A stretch of DNA of 64,000 bases from Lobosporangium transversale (taxonomy: Eukaryota). The position numbers were made by a program, and so were the translations under genes. Positions 1 to 11,658 of this stretch are shown one piece after another. Below the pieces are notes generated by a model. It searched no databases. It was not told the origin of the DNA and worked only from the letters and a program-made list of their open reading frames with translations. Within the stretch, counting starts at the first letter, position 1. Every line of letters begins with the position of its first letter. The stretch covers positions 1 to 64,000 of the forward strand of contig NW_019028989.1 in NCBI RefSeq assembly GCF_002105155.1, read 5' to 3'.

Positions 1-104
1 CCCTTAGATCCCCCTAGAACACTACCTTGACTTTTGCACCTACAGACAGAAGAGCCGATATTAGCAATGAAATCAACATAAAGGTACATGAGCACCATCC
101 TACC

Positions 105-2257
105 TTTAAGAAAGAATCCTATGACTGACACAGGACCACTGGGCTCCAGAACGATCATAGTATCAAGAGAGAGCTTCAGTTCCTGTCCCAGCTTGGTAAG
201 GTCGTCCCATATCTGTGACAAGCCTTATTAGCAGCGGTCTTGCCCTCCATATGAACCAAGGAACATGAATGGTCGCGAAGTTGGGTCACAAGAGAAAAGT
301 CTGGGAAGAGGAGGCGCGAATCTTGCCCTCTTGTTTCATCCAGCACAGTTGTCCTTTTAAAATATAAGGAAGAGAGCATTAGGGACTTCTTGAACAAAAG
401 ATATTCACAACACAAGGCCTAGAACATTACATACCACTTGCTGCTCGTATGCTTGATCGACCCAAATGTCACATTCAAGCAGGGGTCGATGAGGTATCGA
501 ATAAAAGTTGCCTCATTCTCAAGGCCAGAAAATGTCCAGAGCTGTTGCGACGAGATCAGCTGTAGCAGGACCTGGTGGAGAAGAGGGAAAGAGGGAGGGT
601 TGCTTTTCAAAAGCTTTGAATACTCGTCGAAGTTGTTACTTGCTGCCAGTGCTGCCCACTTGTGGCACTCAATGATTATGGTAGACTTGAAGTTATTGAT
701 CTTTTTCTTGCCCTCACAGTCCCACATGGACTCCCAAACATGGTCTTGGACTTCTCCCTGCAAGCCCCAAATCTGGTTCTCCGACTCCAGAAGGAAGATA
801 AAGTTGATAACGCTATCAGACAACGCGATCAGTAAGCTTTAGTACAAGATAGAAGAGGAAAGGCGCTGTAAGGCAAAGAATGAAATAATAAAATAAAACG
901 TACAGCATCTCATGGGGCCGCGAGATCCCATAGTTCTCTCGCACTATGCGATCTCGGAATGTCATTAGGTCCTTGCTGATGTCGACACCATTGTACGTCC
1001 ATGAAGTTTCGAGTATGGAGTCCTCTCGGCCACTCCCTCCAAGAAAGTGGTAGACATACATATCCGACTCTGAGGACGTCTCCGATCCATGGTATGAGTA
1101 GAGTGAGCCAGAGGTTGTTGTTGTGGTGGAGACTGTAGAACCGAAGCTAACCCTGCGCCGCTTGCTTAATTCTGCTTCTATCACATCCTCAGATTGTTTT
1201 TTGGCATTCTAGCAAGATTGTTAAGAAGCAGTTAGTTTGTGTCCATTATATGGCTTCGCAGACTTCATAAGCACAGTTGGTTCATAAAATAAACAGTCAA
1301 CCGGTTGACTTATATGATAAAACATGGTATTACACTTCAGGTTGAAAAATGTATTAACATATTCAATGCGCATTTACTACCTTAGTCATCGGGGCAGCTT
1401 TCGACGCAATCATTACCTTGTCGAGCTTGGTAGGAGCGGTCGTGGTTCTCGCTGCCGTATCTAATTGACAATTACTATAATTAAAGACCATACTATACTT
1501 ATTTGCATATAAATATATTTCGCATCATTTTACCTGAAGAAGGAATTTGCTCATCGATCTGCGGACTTGAACCATCTACCTCTGTGTACGTATCGGAATG
1601 TCCCACGTATTTATTTTCCTTCAATCCAGTTTCTGCTGTTATTACAGAATATGGGCAAAACCGTCAGTTATAATAATTAATAATGACAATAATTAATAAT
1701 AACAATATTAATACAAACAGTAATACTTCAGCCAATCCATAAAGGCACTCACCATAGCTCCGTTGTGACTTTGACAGTTTGTTGCTGTTTCTAAAGATTT
1801 CCTGTGGACGCTTGCGGCTAACTATTGTCATAAGGAGTTAACAAAAAGAAGAAAAAAATCATATGAAAAAATAGGCACAGTTCCAAAAGCATACCTTGCT
1901 CCTCGTCTTGCGCATCCAGTTCATCCCATTTGTTTCTATTAATGGAACCGCTTGCGAATGCCTCCGAACCCTTTACTAACACAGCTGCTGTTCTGATTTG
2001 TGAATCTCTTGAACTGCGATCCATCCAGAATTGAGCAGCCTTGTTAATTTTCCATGATCGAAAGCATTACGAAGCTTTTCTAGTTCCTCCTCCGTAAAAC
2101 CACCTATACCCAGTAAACGGGAGTAACGCTGGTGTTCTTCGTGAGATTTATGAGCGCCTGATCTGAATGTTTTGAAGTATATTTCGGGAGATATCTTGTC
2201 TTCATTGCGGATCCATTGTAGTTCCTCTTTAGAAAAGTTCATGTGGGCTTTAGGCAT
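105..2257 (-). pseudogene. Multi-exon pseudogene with C-terminal PD-(D/E)xK-like nuclease domain; may continue beyond the window start
   Basis: ATG at 2257 (MPKAHMNFSKEELQWIRNED). Exons match ORF pieces 1976-2284, 1818-2024, 816-1184, 419-823 and 176-415, separated by GT..AG introns. The C-terminal part reads LFPDFSL...LVHMEGK then, after a frameshift near 215, IWDDLTKLGQELKLSLD. A second 1-nt frameshift lies near 2056. Confidence 0.65.
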
Positions 2258-3038
2258 ATTGAAAGTACCTAATAATTTTTGCAAAAAATTGATAGTGAAT
2301 GCAGAGATATTGTGATAAAGTCAGCTTAAAAGAAGACAAGGTAACTAACCAGTTGGGTTCAAGGAACAAGAGAAGTGTGGTCAAGGATGGAGGAAGCAAA
2401 TTATAGTAAAGATATGATGTGCAATAAAGCCAGACTAGAGGAAGACTAGGTAACTAACCAGGTAGTGTGCAAGGGATCAATAGAAGTATGTGGGCAAGGG
2501 ATCAAGAGAAGTATGTGGGCAAGGGTGAAGGAAGCAAGTATAGTAAAGATAAGGTGTTTATTGCTACTTGATATGAGATGGTACTTCTAGACTAATGTAT
2601 ATGTCTTGGTTGAGGTGGCAGAGTCTTCCTCGTTTGATGATTGATTACTAGTTGGAGCCTTGGCTTCGGATAGGGTACTCTCCTCTTGTTTGTCTTCCGG
2701 AATATCATTGGTCAATTTGGAGTCATGCGGATGAGTCATCTGGTCTTGCTGCGGATTGCGCAGCATCGGTTTGCTTACATTAGCTATTAGATCGCATCAA
2801 GATTATCATTAGTTCTTGCCGTAATGACATCATCTTAATCCCAACCTCCCTTGTCCATGTGAGTGACCATTGTTTACACGACTTACACATATTAAATCAG
2901 TGGAAAATCTACAAAACGTGCCCTCAGAGATTATCTATCACTGACAGGTATCCTAGTGTTGAACATTAATCAATATGAATAGTAATCAAACGGATTGGAT
3001 TGTTTCCACAACAAAAGAATTTAAAAGCAATAAGACCA

Positions 3039-3476
3039 GCGAGCACACAAGAGCCAAGTGCTTTGAGCAGCTTCCTCAAATACACTAATGGCTGGAGTGG
3101 TTTTGACATGATCCCACCATGATAAACATCAAGATGAGACGAGGTGCTGTAGTGATAACGAGCGCACAGGAGCCAAGAGTTTGATTTCTACTTCAGAACT
3201 ACCTCAATTACACTAATTGAGTAGACCAAGGTGGAAACGCGTCAAAAGGCCAAGGTGGTTTAGACATGATGCCCTAATGATAAAACATCAAGAAGGCACG
3301 AGGTGTTATCACTAAACAAGACAGCGAGCGCACAACAGCCAAGCGATTAGCTTCAACTTTGAGCAGCTACCTCAATTACACTAATTGAGTAGGCTAAGGA
3401 GGAAATGTATCAAATAGCTGGAGTGGTTTCGACATGATGCCTCAACGATAAAACATCGAAGTGGCACGAGGTGCTG
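3039..3476. repeat. Imperfect tandem repeat, 3 units of ~120-165 bp
   Basis: Units start near 3039, 3159 and 3324. They share CGAGC(A/G)CAC..AGCCAAG, CCTCAA..ACACTAAT, GACATGAT..ATAAA(A)CATC and ACGAGGTG. Confidence 0.8.
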
Positions 3477-3757
3477 CCTTGCAAGAATGAAAACAAAATA
3501 ATAAGTAAAATAACAAATAAAAAAAAAAATAAAAAAAAACAACCGTGTACTTGTACGATAGTGTGACGATTAAGCGTAGAAGGTGATGAGAGTGCTGAAA
3601 CAGGTCTAACAATTTGGTTATAGAATCAAGTGAGTTATTTCCAAGGCGTTATAACGTCAAGTAATTTCATTTGAAAGTGCAAAGATGATAAGGATGTTGA
3701 GCGAGGAGGTGGCAGTAAAGTAGAACGAACAAGGCGCGCGAGAGAGTAAATACCCAG

Positions 3758-3854
3758 CAGTGCTCCTATTCGAACTGAAATTTGTCAATTGATATTTATT
3801 TTTTTAATCTGAAACATCATAATTGACAAAATTTCAGTTGAAATAGGAGCACTG
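3758..3854. repeat. Inverted repeat/hairpin, ~33-bp arms, ~30-nt AT-rich loop
   Basis: CAGTGCTCCTATTCGAACTGAAATTTGTCAATT (3758-3790) pairs with AATTGACAAAATTTCAGTTGAAATAGGAGCACTG (3821-3854), with about 2-3 mismatches or indels. Confidence 0.85.
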
Positions 3855-5267
3855 ATACCCAGATGGGTGTGTGATTGAGAAATGGTGTGCGAAGGGTGAG
3901 AAAAAATAAATAGACGTAGAGGAAAAGGAAAAAAATAAATTAGTGCGCAAAGAAAACGAGAAGAATTGTGAGGGTGAAAAAAGAAGGAATGCAAAGAGAG
4001 CAGTGAATGTAAAAGGCACGTAATGAGGGAGAAAGATAAACGTGTACAGAGTGAGGTAAAAAAAAAAAAAAGTGAGAGAGTGGTGTGCAGAGAGAGCGTA
4101 AAAGAGAAGCGGAGTGGCAATGGAAGAAATTTAACGCGAAATCAAGTCTTCAGCCAATAATCAATCAATTAAAGAAGCGAATTAAGATTAATTACCTCAA
4201 ATAAAGGTGCAGTTGTGTTGCAGGAGAAAAATGTGTAAACAAAGATTGCGAGGGTTAATCAAGTAAAAGAGGGGAAAATGGGACGAAAGAAAGGATGATT
4301 AGACACTTTGAGGAAACGAAGAATTCTTTTAAATGTGCGACTTTAAGGGGAATAATGAAAGTGATTCTTATACGTCATTCTTTTTTTTTTTTTTTTTTTT
4401 TTTTTCCGTCTTCACGTGTTCGTCAAAAAAAAAATAACACAAATCGTTTGTTCTTGCTCAACTCTCAGATATAAATCAATAACGATATTCCTGATAGAGC
4501 GCTGGAAAGCAGATGTCTTTGGGATGGTCGGTAGAAGAGCTTATTGTCTTTCGTTTAAGATAGGTCCTAAGGGGGTCCGTTCAGGATTCATGGAGTAGCA
4601 CTTGTACAAAGTATTGGAAGTATAAAAAAACCAAAATTATGCCATTTTTGACACACCCAATAGATTATAGCACCCGAACCGTGAGAGGCAGTTCTTGAGT
4701 AAATGGCCGTAGAGTATCGAAAATTCACTATTTTCCACCACCTGCCCGCTTTTCCTTTAAAAAAAATTTTTTTTTCTGAAAATGTAACTGGTAGCGATTC
4801 TATGGCCGTTGGATTCGTAATTGAAAAATACAAATAACCTGAGGGTTTTGTGAGTTTTGAGTGTCTCTGTGTCGTGCTCTCGTTTTTACCAAGTATTGCA
4901 AAACTAATTATGAAATGGTTGCCTAGATTAGTCATATACTCTGTCTTGGTGCACTTATTACTTTACTACGGAAACTGACCTTCGTCAGAAAACGTGAAAC
5001 CATGGATATCTACATGTCTTTTCGCACACGAATAGGAACCCTCAAAAAATATTTATTATCATGTGAATTATATATAGGAATTAAGTGATTTTAAGTTCAA
5101 AGGCGGATGTTTATTTCCTCTGGTTGCAGATCAGCAGCATTCTTCTCTCGATTTAAAATAACCTGATCCAATAACATTTGGGAGAAGAATGTCATTGAGC
5201 GATACTTGTGTGACATATTTGCCTATTTAATTAACGTTCAGGCGAATGTATGATCCAGAGGTGTAGA

Positions 5268-5804
5268 TCACTTGGGTGATGGGAGCAATATCGTTGCCAT
5301 TTTCCAGAAATGACTTTGCGAACGCGCCCATCTGAAAGTATCCCAAGCGCGTTTAGAGATGTTGCTTGCCTGTGAAGGACCTGTTACTTCACCGAAAAAA
5401 GCCTCATATCCTCGAAGCTTAATGATGACATCAGGACGGTCAGCTTTGATCCGCCGACGTTTCTGAAGCTTCGATTCAGCGTTAGGACTAAATGAATACA
5501 AAATTAAAAGGTTACGTTATATTAGCATGTCATTCTATAAACCAACAGAAGATTGGGACACATGATTTTCAAACGAACAAATGAATATTATTATTAATGG
5601 AACCACTTGCAAATGGTTCTGAACCATTCACTAACGCAGTTGAGCCTTATTAATCTTCCATGTTTCGAAAGTACAGCGAAGCTTTCGTAGCTCCTCCTCC
5701 GTAAAGCCACCTATATCCAGTAAACGGGAGCAACGTTAGTGTTCTTCGTCTTCATTGCGGATCCAATGTAGTTCATTTGAAAAGTTCAACTGAGATTTAG
5801 GCAT
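5268..5804 (-). pseudogene. Deleted paralog fragment: same N-terminal header as the 105-2257 gene plus a nuclease-like fragment (RPD...GEVTG)
   Basis: 5641-5810 aligns with 2036-2266 but has an internal deletion of ~57 nt. ORF 5268-5501 reads ADRPDVIIKLRGYEAFFGEVTGP...WDTFR. Confidence 0.6.
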
Positions 5805-5964
5805 GTTGAAAGTAATCAAGCAATTAAAGAAGCGAATCAAGAATAATTACCTCGAATGAACGTTAAAGGTGCAGTTGAGGTGGAGGAGAAAATGAGAAAG
5901 ATGTGAAAACAAATGCGGGAGGAAATCAATCACGATTTAGTTCCTCTATCAGAGTACATTGACT

Positions 5965-8506
5965 TTATTGATTCACAATTCTACTTTCATTTGGGTTGTC
6001 CGTCTGGCTTGCCTTCTTCCTGCATCTCCAGAGCTCATCTTGCAGATCAACCGCCAAAACATGTTGCTTGATATTTTTTAATTCGATTGTCTTGTCGGCG
6101 TAGGATCCACACGATCTGCTCCAGTTCTGTAAGTTTGTTTCTTGAACTCCTCGACCATGTCTTGCGGGACTACAAAAATAAATGCAATCTCGTCAGAGGA
6201 GCTAATCCACTTTTTATCTTGCAGAGTTTTCAGAAGCTTCTTGAAGTTTTCACTTTTGATGCCATGTTTCTTGTTCGTCGTAATCTGGAGTAGATACATA
6301 TTTCGGAGCTATTGACATATCCACACAAGAAAAGGTCTTACTCTTTGGCAGCCACAATGATCCTTCCATATCGTCCTTCACATATTCATCCTAAGTATGA
6401 AAGAATTTGGTTTTCGGGCCTTCTCCGACTTCAATAGTTATCTCAGTGCCATCATCAATGCTCTTGGCCTTAAAGCTACGACCGCCCAGCCGCAGTATAC
6501 GCTGCACATAGTTTTGGAACATTACTCCTTTGCCTAGTGGATTACCATCGACGAGCATTCTCAACACCTTGGCACGGGTACTCTCGTCCGATAAAGTATA
6601 CACCTTTTGCATTACATCATTAGAAGCCTGTCGTAATTCGAATCCTTTATGATCGTTTGTTGGATAACAGTGGAAAATCTGGCTGCTAAACTCCAATGAA
6701 TCCCGGCCCTGCGTATACTGTATTATTATATTTGATACATCATCCCGGAGGTTGGATAAAGCAAGCTCAACGCGTTCTAATGCTTCCGACTCGGCATCTC
6801 CTATTTTCCCATTATTCTCGGTTCCCATGGAGCCATGTGGTACTTCCATATCACCCTCTTCATGATTTCTTGGTACCCATTCGCGCTAGAAAGTAAAGCT
6901 CTTGGTGATACCGAGAAGATAGTCCTGGCTTGCGTGAGCTCTGGTGATGGTGCACTGTCGACTGGGAACTAAGTGTTGGGTAGTTGCAGGAAGGGCATGA
7001 AATCCTCTATGTCCCCATATCGAACAACATATCGTCCACCGAAAGCATAGCACTTTGAACTTTCCTTTTTCTGGATGATGGTAATAGGCGGATCTTCCTC
7101 ATTGCTAACGGCAAGCAGCCGGATGGCGAAGTATACGAGAAAGGATGATTTCCCTATACCGGCTGTCCCTGTGACAACAATTTTGGTTGCAGGCTCTCTA
7201 TCATCTCCATTTATATAAAAATCCTTGACGATCGTGTCGTAGAGTTTTTTGAAAGCTGACCTTACGTACAGATCATTCATGTTGATCACAGGAAGCTTTG
7301 TCCCCAAAGGGCTGGATATCACGTCGATTTCTTGAAATGATCCGTTTTGGAGGGAAGTGGTCGTTTGGGGTATTGAATAGTATGGCGCCAATATTTTTAA
7401 TTATTGAAACCAGTTCTTTACTCATAAGGCTCCGCAGGCGTGGAACACCGTTTATTAAAGCCTTTTGGGCAAGTCCTGCTGCACTAATCGTCTCCAGTAG
7501 GCTCATGTTTTCTAGCTTGGTCTTTTTGAGGGAACTCCTATCACTCTCGTCATTCTCTAGCTGATCTCGATCCCTTTCGAAACTGTTTGTTAAAATATAA
7601 ACAAATAGAATAGTTTCAGAAGGTAGTTTTGAAGCCTTAAATCGAAAACATCAGTCGACCACGAACAAGAACTAAAGACATACCTCGCTTCGGTACTTCA
7701 ACAATAATGTAAATGAGACTATCTGCTACTCCGCCAGTATGGAGTTTTTCACATACGTTGTCAAGGACCTTGATTGATTGACCCTTTGGACAACTTGCGT
7801 ATTCCCTCCCTTGTTGCACCACCAGAGATGAGTTTAAGATACTCCACTAGGAAAATAGTCGCTGGTGATTCCTGAGCAAAAAAGTATCGGTGATTCTCCT
7901 CATTGATGCCTCCAAGTCCTCTAATTAATTAAATTGAATTCTTAATATAGCGCATACTGCGAAAGAATGAAGAGTAATTCGATGGACATCACTTACGAGA
8001 TGGAGATGACGTTCGGCTGATTGGAGGAGAAGACGAATGTACTATTATACTTGGTTGATTATACTTGTTGGGGCGACTAATTGGAAAAAAAAAAAAAAAA
8101 AAAAAAAAAAGTAATTAGACGCGTCATCATAATCATCAGTGTAATTGAACAAATAAGAACAGCGCTTACCTGCAGATGGACGCTGAACAATGACATGGAT
8201 GGCTTTCTTTGCTGGTGTGGTGCCAAAGACCTCAGAGATCTCGCTAGTTGGGTCTTCCAGCTCCTCAAGTTTCTTTCTCTCATCAGCAGTTAGATTGTTG
8301 AGTGTAATTAGTCTTTTTGGCGCAGAAGAGATCGAAACATGATGGAGAACTAAGTCACTTGCGCGGATGTCGTCAAGCAAAAGGTGATTGTTTTTCTTTA
8401 ATCGCGTCCTTGAGATCGCCAATAGTATCGTCGAAAGCCAAGCTCAAAGGAAATGCAGTGGGATCCCCATCGAAATACAAAAGAGTTTAATTTTTTGGGT
8501 TGTCAT
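5965..8506 (-). pseudogene. Crinkler (CRN)-type effector pseudogene: Ubl header + P-loop NTPase + REase-like C-terminus
   Basis: The N-terminus MTTQKIKLFCI..DGDPTAFP...TIGDLKDAIK...IRASDLVL...AIHVIVQRP is a CRN header with 2 frameshifts. Walker A is VVTGTAGIGKS (ORF 6969-7391) and an in-frame TAG lies at 6969. The C-terminus reads LLQITTNKKHGIK...FIFVVP. Multiple further frameshifts; the 3' end is approximate. Confidence 0.85.
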
Positions 8507-9151
8507 TTTGGTATAATTGCGCGCAAAAAAAAAAAAAAAAAAAAAAAAAAAGAAAAATAATGGACACTAAAGATTAAGAAGAGTGTGCTCACTAAAAATA
8601 AATTACGTACACAGTGTGGTGCAAAATTTAAGCTTCTTGCCTTGTTTTTTATTCCTGCCGCAGCATAAAAATTAATTAATCATCCATCATCATAAAATTA
8701 TATACCGTTTAATTGCCTTCCCACTCCGCTTCCTTTTTTTACCACCAGCAAACTTTTTTTTGTTCGCACACTGTCCCTGCACAGCTGGTTTTTTTTTTTT
8801 TTACCTCATTTATTTTCTCATTCATTTCGTGCTTTTTATTTTCACCACTCACTTTGCATCCATTCTCTTGGACTTATCATAACTCTGTTTATTTCATTTT
8901 AATTTTATTTTTTTTTAGTTATCTCACCACTTACTTTGTAATTGCCCCCACTACGTTGCTTGGGAGCCTGGTTTATAATAATCCTCTCGTTCACTCTGCT
9001 CCTCCTGAGGTAAGTGATTGGTATTCTTGAGCATATTCATCAGCAATGAAGTGAAATGGTTTGAGAATCTCTATCCCATGTTACAGACTTAGCAGTGTGA
9101 TGGACATTGTTGACATTTAATTGATGTCAAAGTCCTATCCCTGTACTCCTC

Positions 9152-9260
9152 GACTGCCCGAATGGCGGAGGAGATGTCGACCAGGTGCACTGACTGCCCG
9201 AATGGCGGGTGCATCAAGGTATAGTATCAAGTCTCGAGGTTCTGACTGCCCGAATGGCGG
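9152..9260. repeat. Three exact copies of 17-mer GACTGCCCGAATGGCGG with unique 23- and 35-nt spacers
   Basis: Copies at 9152-9168, 9192-9208 and 9244-9260. Confidence 0.9.
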
Positions 9261-10224
9261 GAATCGTTTGCGCCTCAACTCATTTCCTTCAGCTGCTGGT
9301 GTTTATGCTTTTTCTGTTTGCTTGGGTATCGTTGATGACTTTTGACGAAAACGAATGCACGAATGCTATGGACCCTATTTATTTTATTATTATTATTTTT
9401 TCCTTCGCTCACAGATTCCTAATATCTTGGGTTATGTATCAATGCTTGAAGGCGAAATGAAGTCTATTCATCTATCATATTTGACACGATTCTTGCGTAC
9501 ATGTTACTCTCCTTCCCAAAAGCGCCCCATTTGAACCAATTATACTTTAGTTAAAGGTAATCAGTTAGAGCTTAATTCGTTTTACGCGACTATGCATCTT
9601 TTTTTTTTTTTTTTTTTTTTTTCTAAAGTCACTGTCTTTTTATTTATTTTATAAACTCACATTCTTTTTACTTTGTACACTTTTATTTTCTTTTTTTTCA
9701 CCCCACTACCCATCTTTCAGCAAACATCATTACCCTTTCATTCTTTTTTTTTTATTTGTCCTCACTCTGTACACTCTCTTTTATTTTGATACTCTCTCAT
9801 TTTCTGCATTCCTTTTTTTCATTCTCATCTCTCCCGTCAGCGCTTTATACTCTTTCTTCTATTATTGATCGTATCCACCCGCATTCACATCCCTTGGTTG
9901 TCCTGGATAACCTTCTATTTACTTCCTCTTACCATTCAGAGTGCATTTATCCCAACCAGGTAAGTTAATATTGTGAACATTCCCAGAAACACGACCCATT
10001 TCTTTGTCTGTGCTTGTAAGCTATACATCAATAACGCTTAGTGAAAACGCCTCCTCGAAAAGCTCTGGATTTTGTACTTTGTCGAAATAATCTTGTGTAT
10101 TAGCACTCATTGTATTAAGCACGCAGCTCATGGCCACCCTACGCAAGATAAATTAATTTCAAGTTAGAACGAAAGCGCAAGCTGAGTTTCGTTATGCAGA
10201 TTAGCATACACATACTGTGCATCT

Positions 10225-11196
10225 TTCAGTAGAGTGACATCATGAGAGAATCGACCGCATGCTCAAAGAGGTGGACGTGCGAAGGGCTCATGTTGGGCAA
10301 GGGCGACGGGAAAGTAACGTTGCTTTCGCCGTTGATCTACTTGTAAACAATCAGAATAAATAAATATTACTATGTATGATGCATTCAATAAATAATAAAT
10401 GACCAAACCAAACGAACTTACAAGTTTGGTCAGCGATAGTACCAATGAATGCCAGGGCTCTTCTGTGATACAGGCCTCTCTCGCTCTCTTCCGTGTACTC
10501 TGGGCAGAGACTGATTCCGTTACAGGCGAAGAACTCGAAATCTCCTCAGGAACTATTTAAGCGTTGGGTAATTACGGCCTCTATTAATATCAATTAAAAG
10601 TATAGAGCATTCCCACACTTGCAGCTAGGGTAGTACCTGACTCTTGAGTGCTAGCCTTTGTCGTCTCAGGTTCATCTATCGTGCCTAAGAGATTTCCTTA
10701 CGTCAGCATTGATGAAGTCGACCTTGCCGAAGAAACAAGACGTCCAAAGAACAACACCTACCTCCTCTCGCTATGTCTCAGATGAAACAATGTGTAGTGT
10801 TAGAAACAATTTCAACGAGGCCAGGTTGGACAGAGGACAATATCATCAATAAAAATACCTTGTGAAACCTCTACATTGGTGAAGAAGGCGCGTGTTAATT
10901 TTTTATCAGATCTACAGAATACAAGAGTCATTGCGATAAGTACACTTACTTTCCGTATGTTGTTGGATTGACGTTCGTATCATCGAAACTGCTGCGTTTG
11001 AGCGGTCTAAGGTCCCCAAGACACAAATGTCATCGTATTCCTTTCGGCAGCTTTCCATATCGAGTTGGTACAAAGATGCTGCCCGATCGCCACGCAGGCG
11101 CTCCCGACCGACGTAGCTTACAAAGCATGCGTAAAGCTTGTCGAAGTCGGAGTGGTCGTGCCGGTCAGTGATGGCAAATAGCCTAAACGATTTCAT
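10225..11196 (-). pseudogene. Degraded multi-exon gene of unknown family
   Basis: ORF 10912-11196 starts at ATG and ends near a GTAAGT donor at about 10949. Further short exon-like blocks with AG/GT ends lie at about 10911-10859, 10770-10638 and 10552-10444. A premature stop follows the first predicted splice. Confidence 0.4.
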
Positions 11197-11289
11197 TCTA
11201 AGAGTTTTGTCTCAAATAGAACATTAATAAATGTCAGTCAGCTGGCATACAGACAAATACTTGAAAAATAAAATGAATAAAGAAATATG

Positions 11290-11658
11290 AAGGCTCCCCT
11301 CCCCGCCGGCATCTATGAGGCATCAGATGAACGACATTGAGCATAACCAGTTGCGGAGGACTACTGGACAGTGGCTGAATGGCGACAATGGCTGAAAGAG
11401 CTCATCCGTATGAACGCACAGTTAAGAAATCACGTCCCACCCTCATAGACACGCTAGAAGCAGTAATCGTGAACATGACAAAAGGCTCCCCTCCTCGCCG
11501 GCATCAATGAGGCATCAGATGAACGACATTGAGCATAACCAGTTGCGGAGGACTACTGGACAGTGGCTGAATGGCGACAATGGCTGAGAGAGCTCATCCG
11601 TATGAACGCGTAGACAAGAAATCTCCACGTCCCACCCTCATAGACACGCTAGGAGCAA
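11290..11658. repeat. Tandem direct duplication, 192-bp period, high identity
   Basis: AAGGCTCCCCTCC..CGCCGGCATC...CTCATAGACACGCTAG at 11290-11462 and 11482-11658. Confidence 0.92.

Noticed and set aside
9152..9260. CRISPR array
   Set aside because: Only three 17-nt repeats, unequal spacers, no cas genes, and a eukaryotic intron-containing context.
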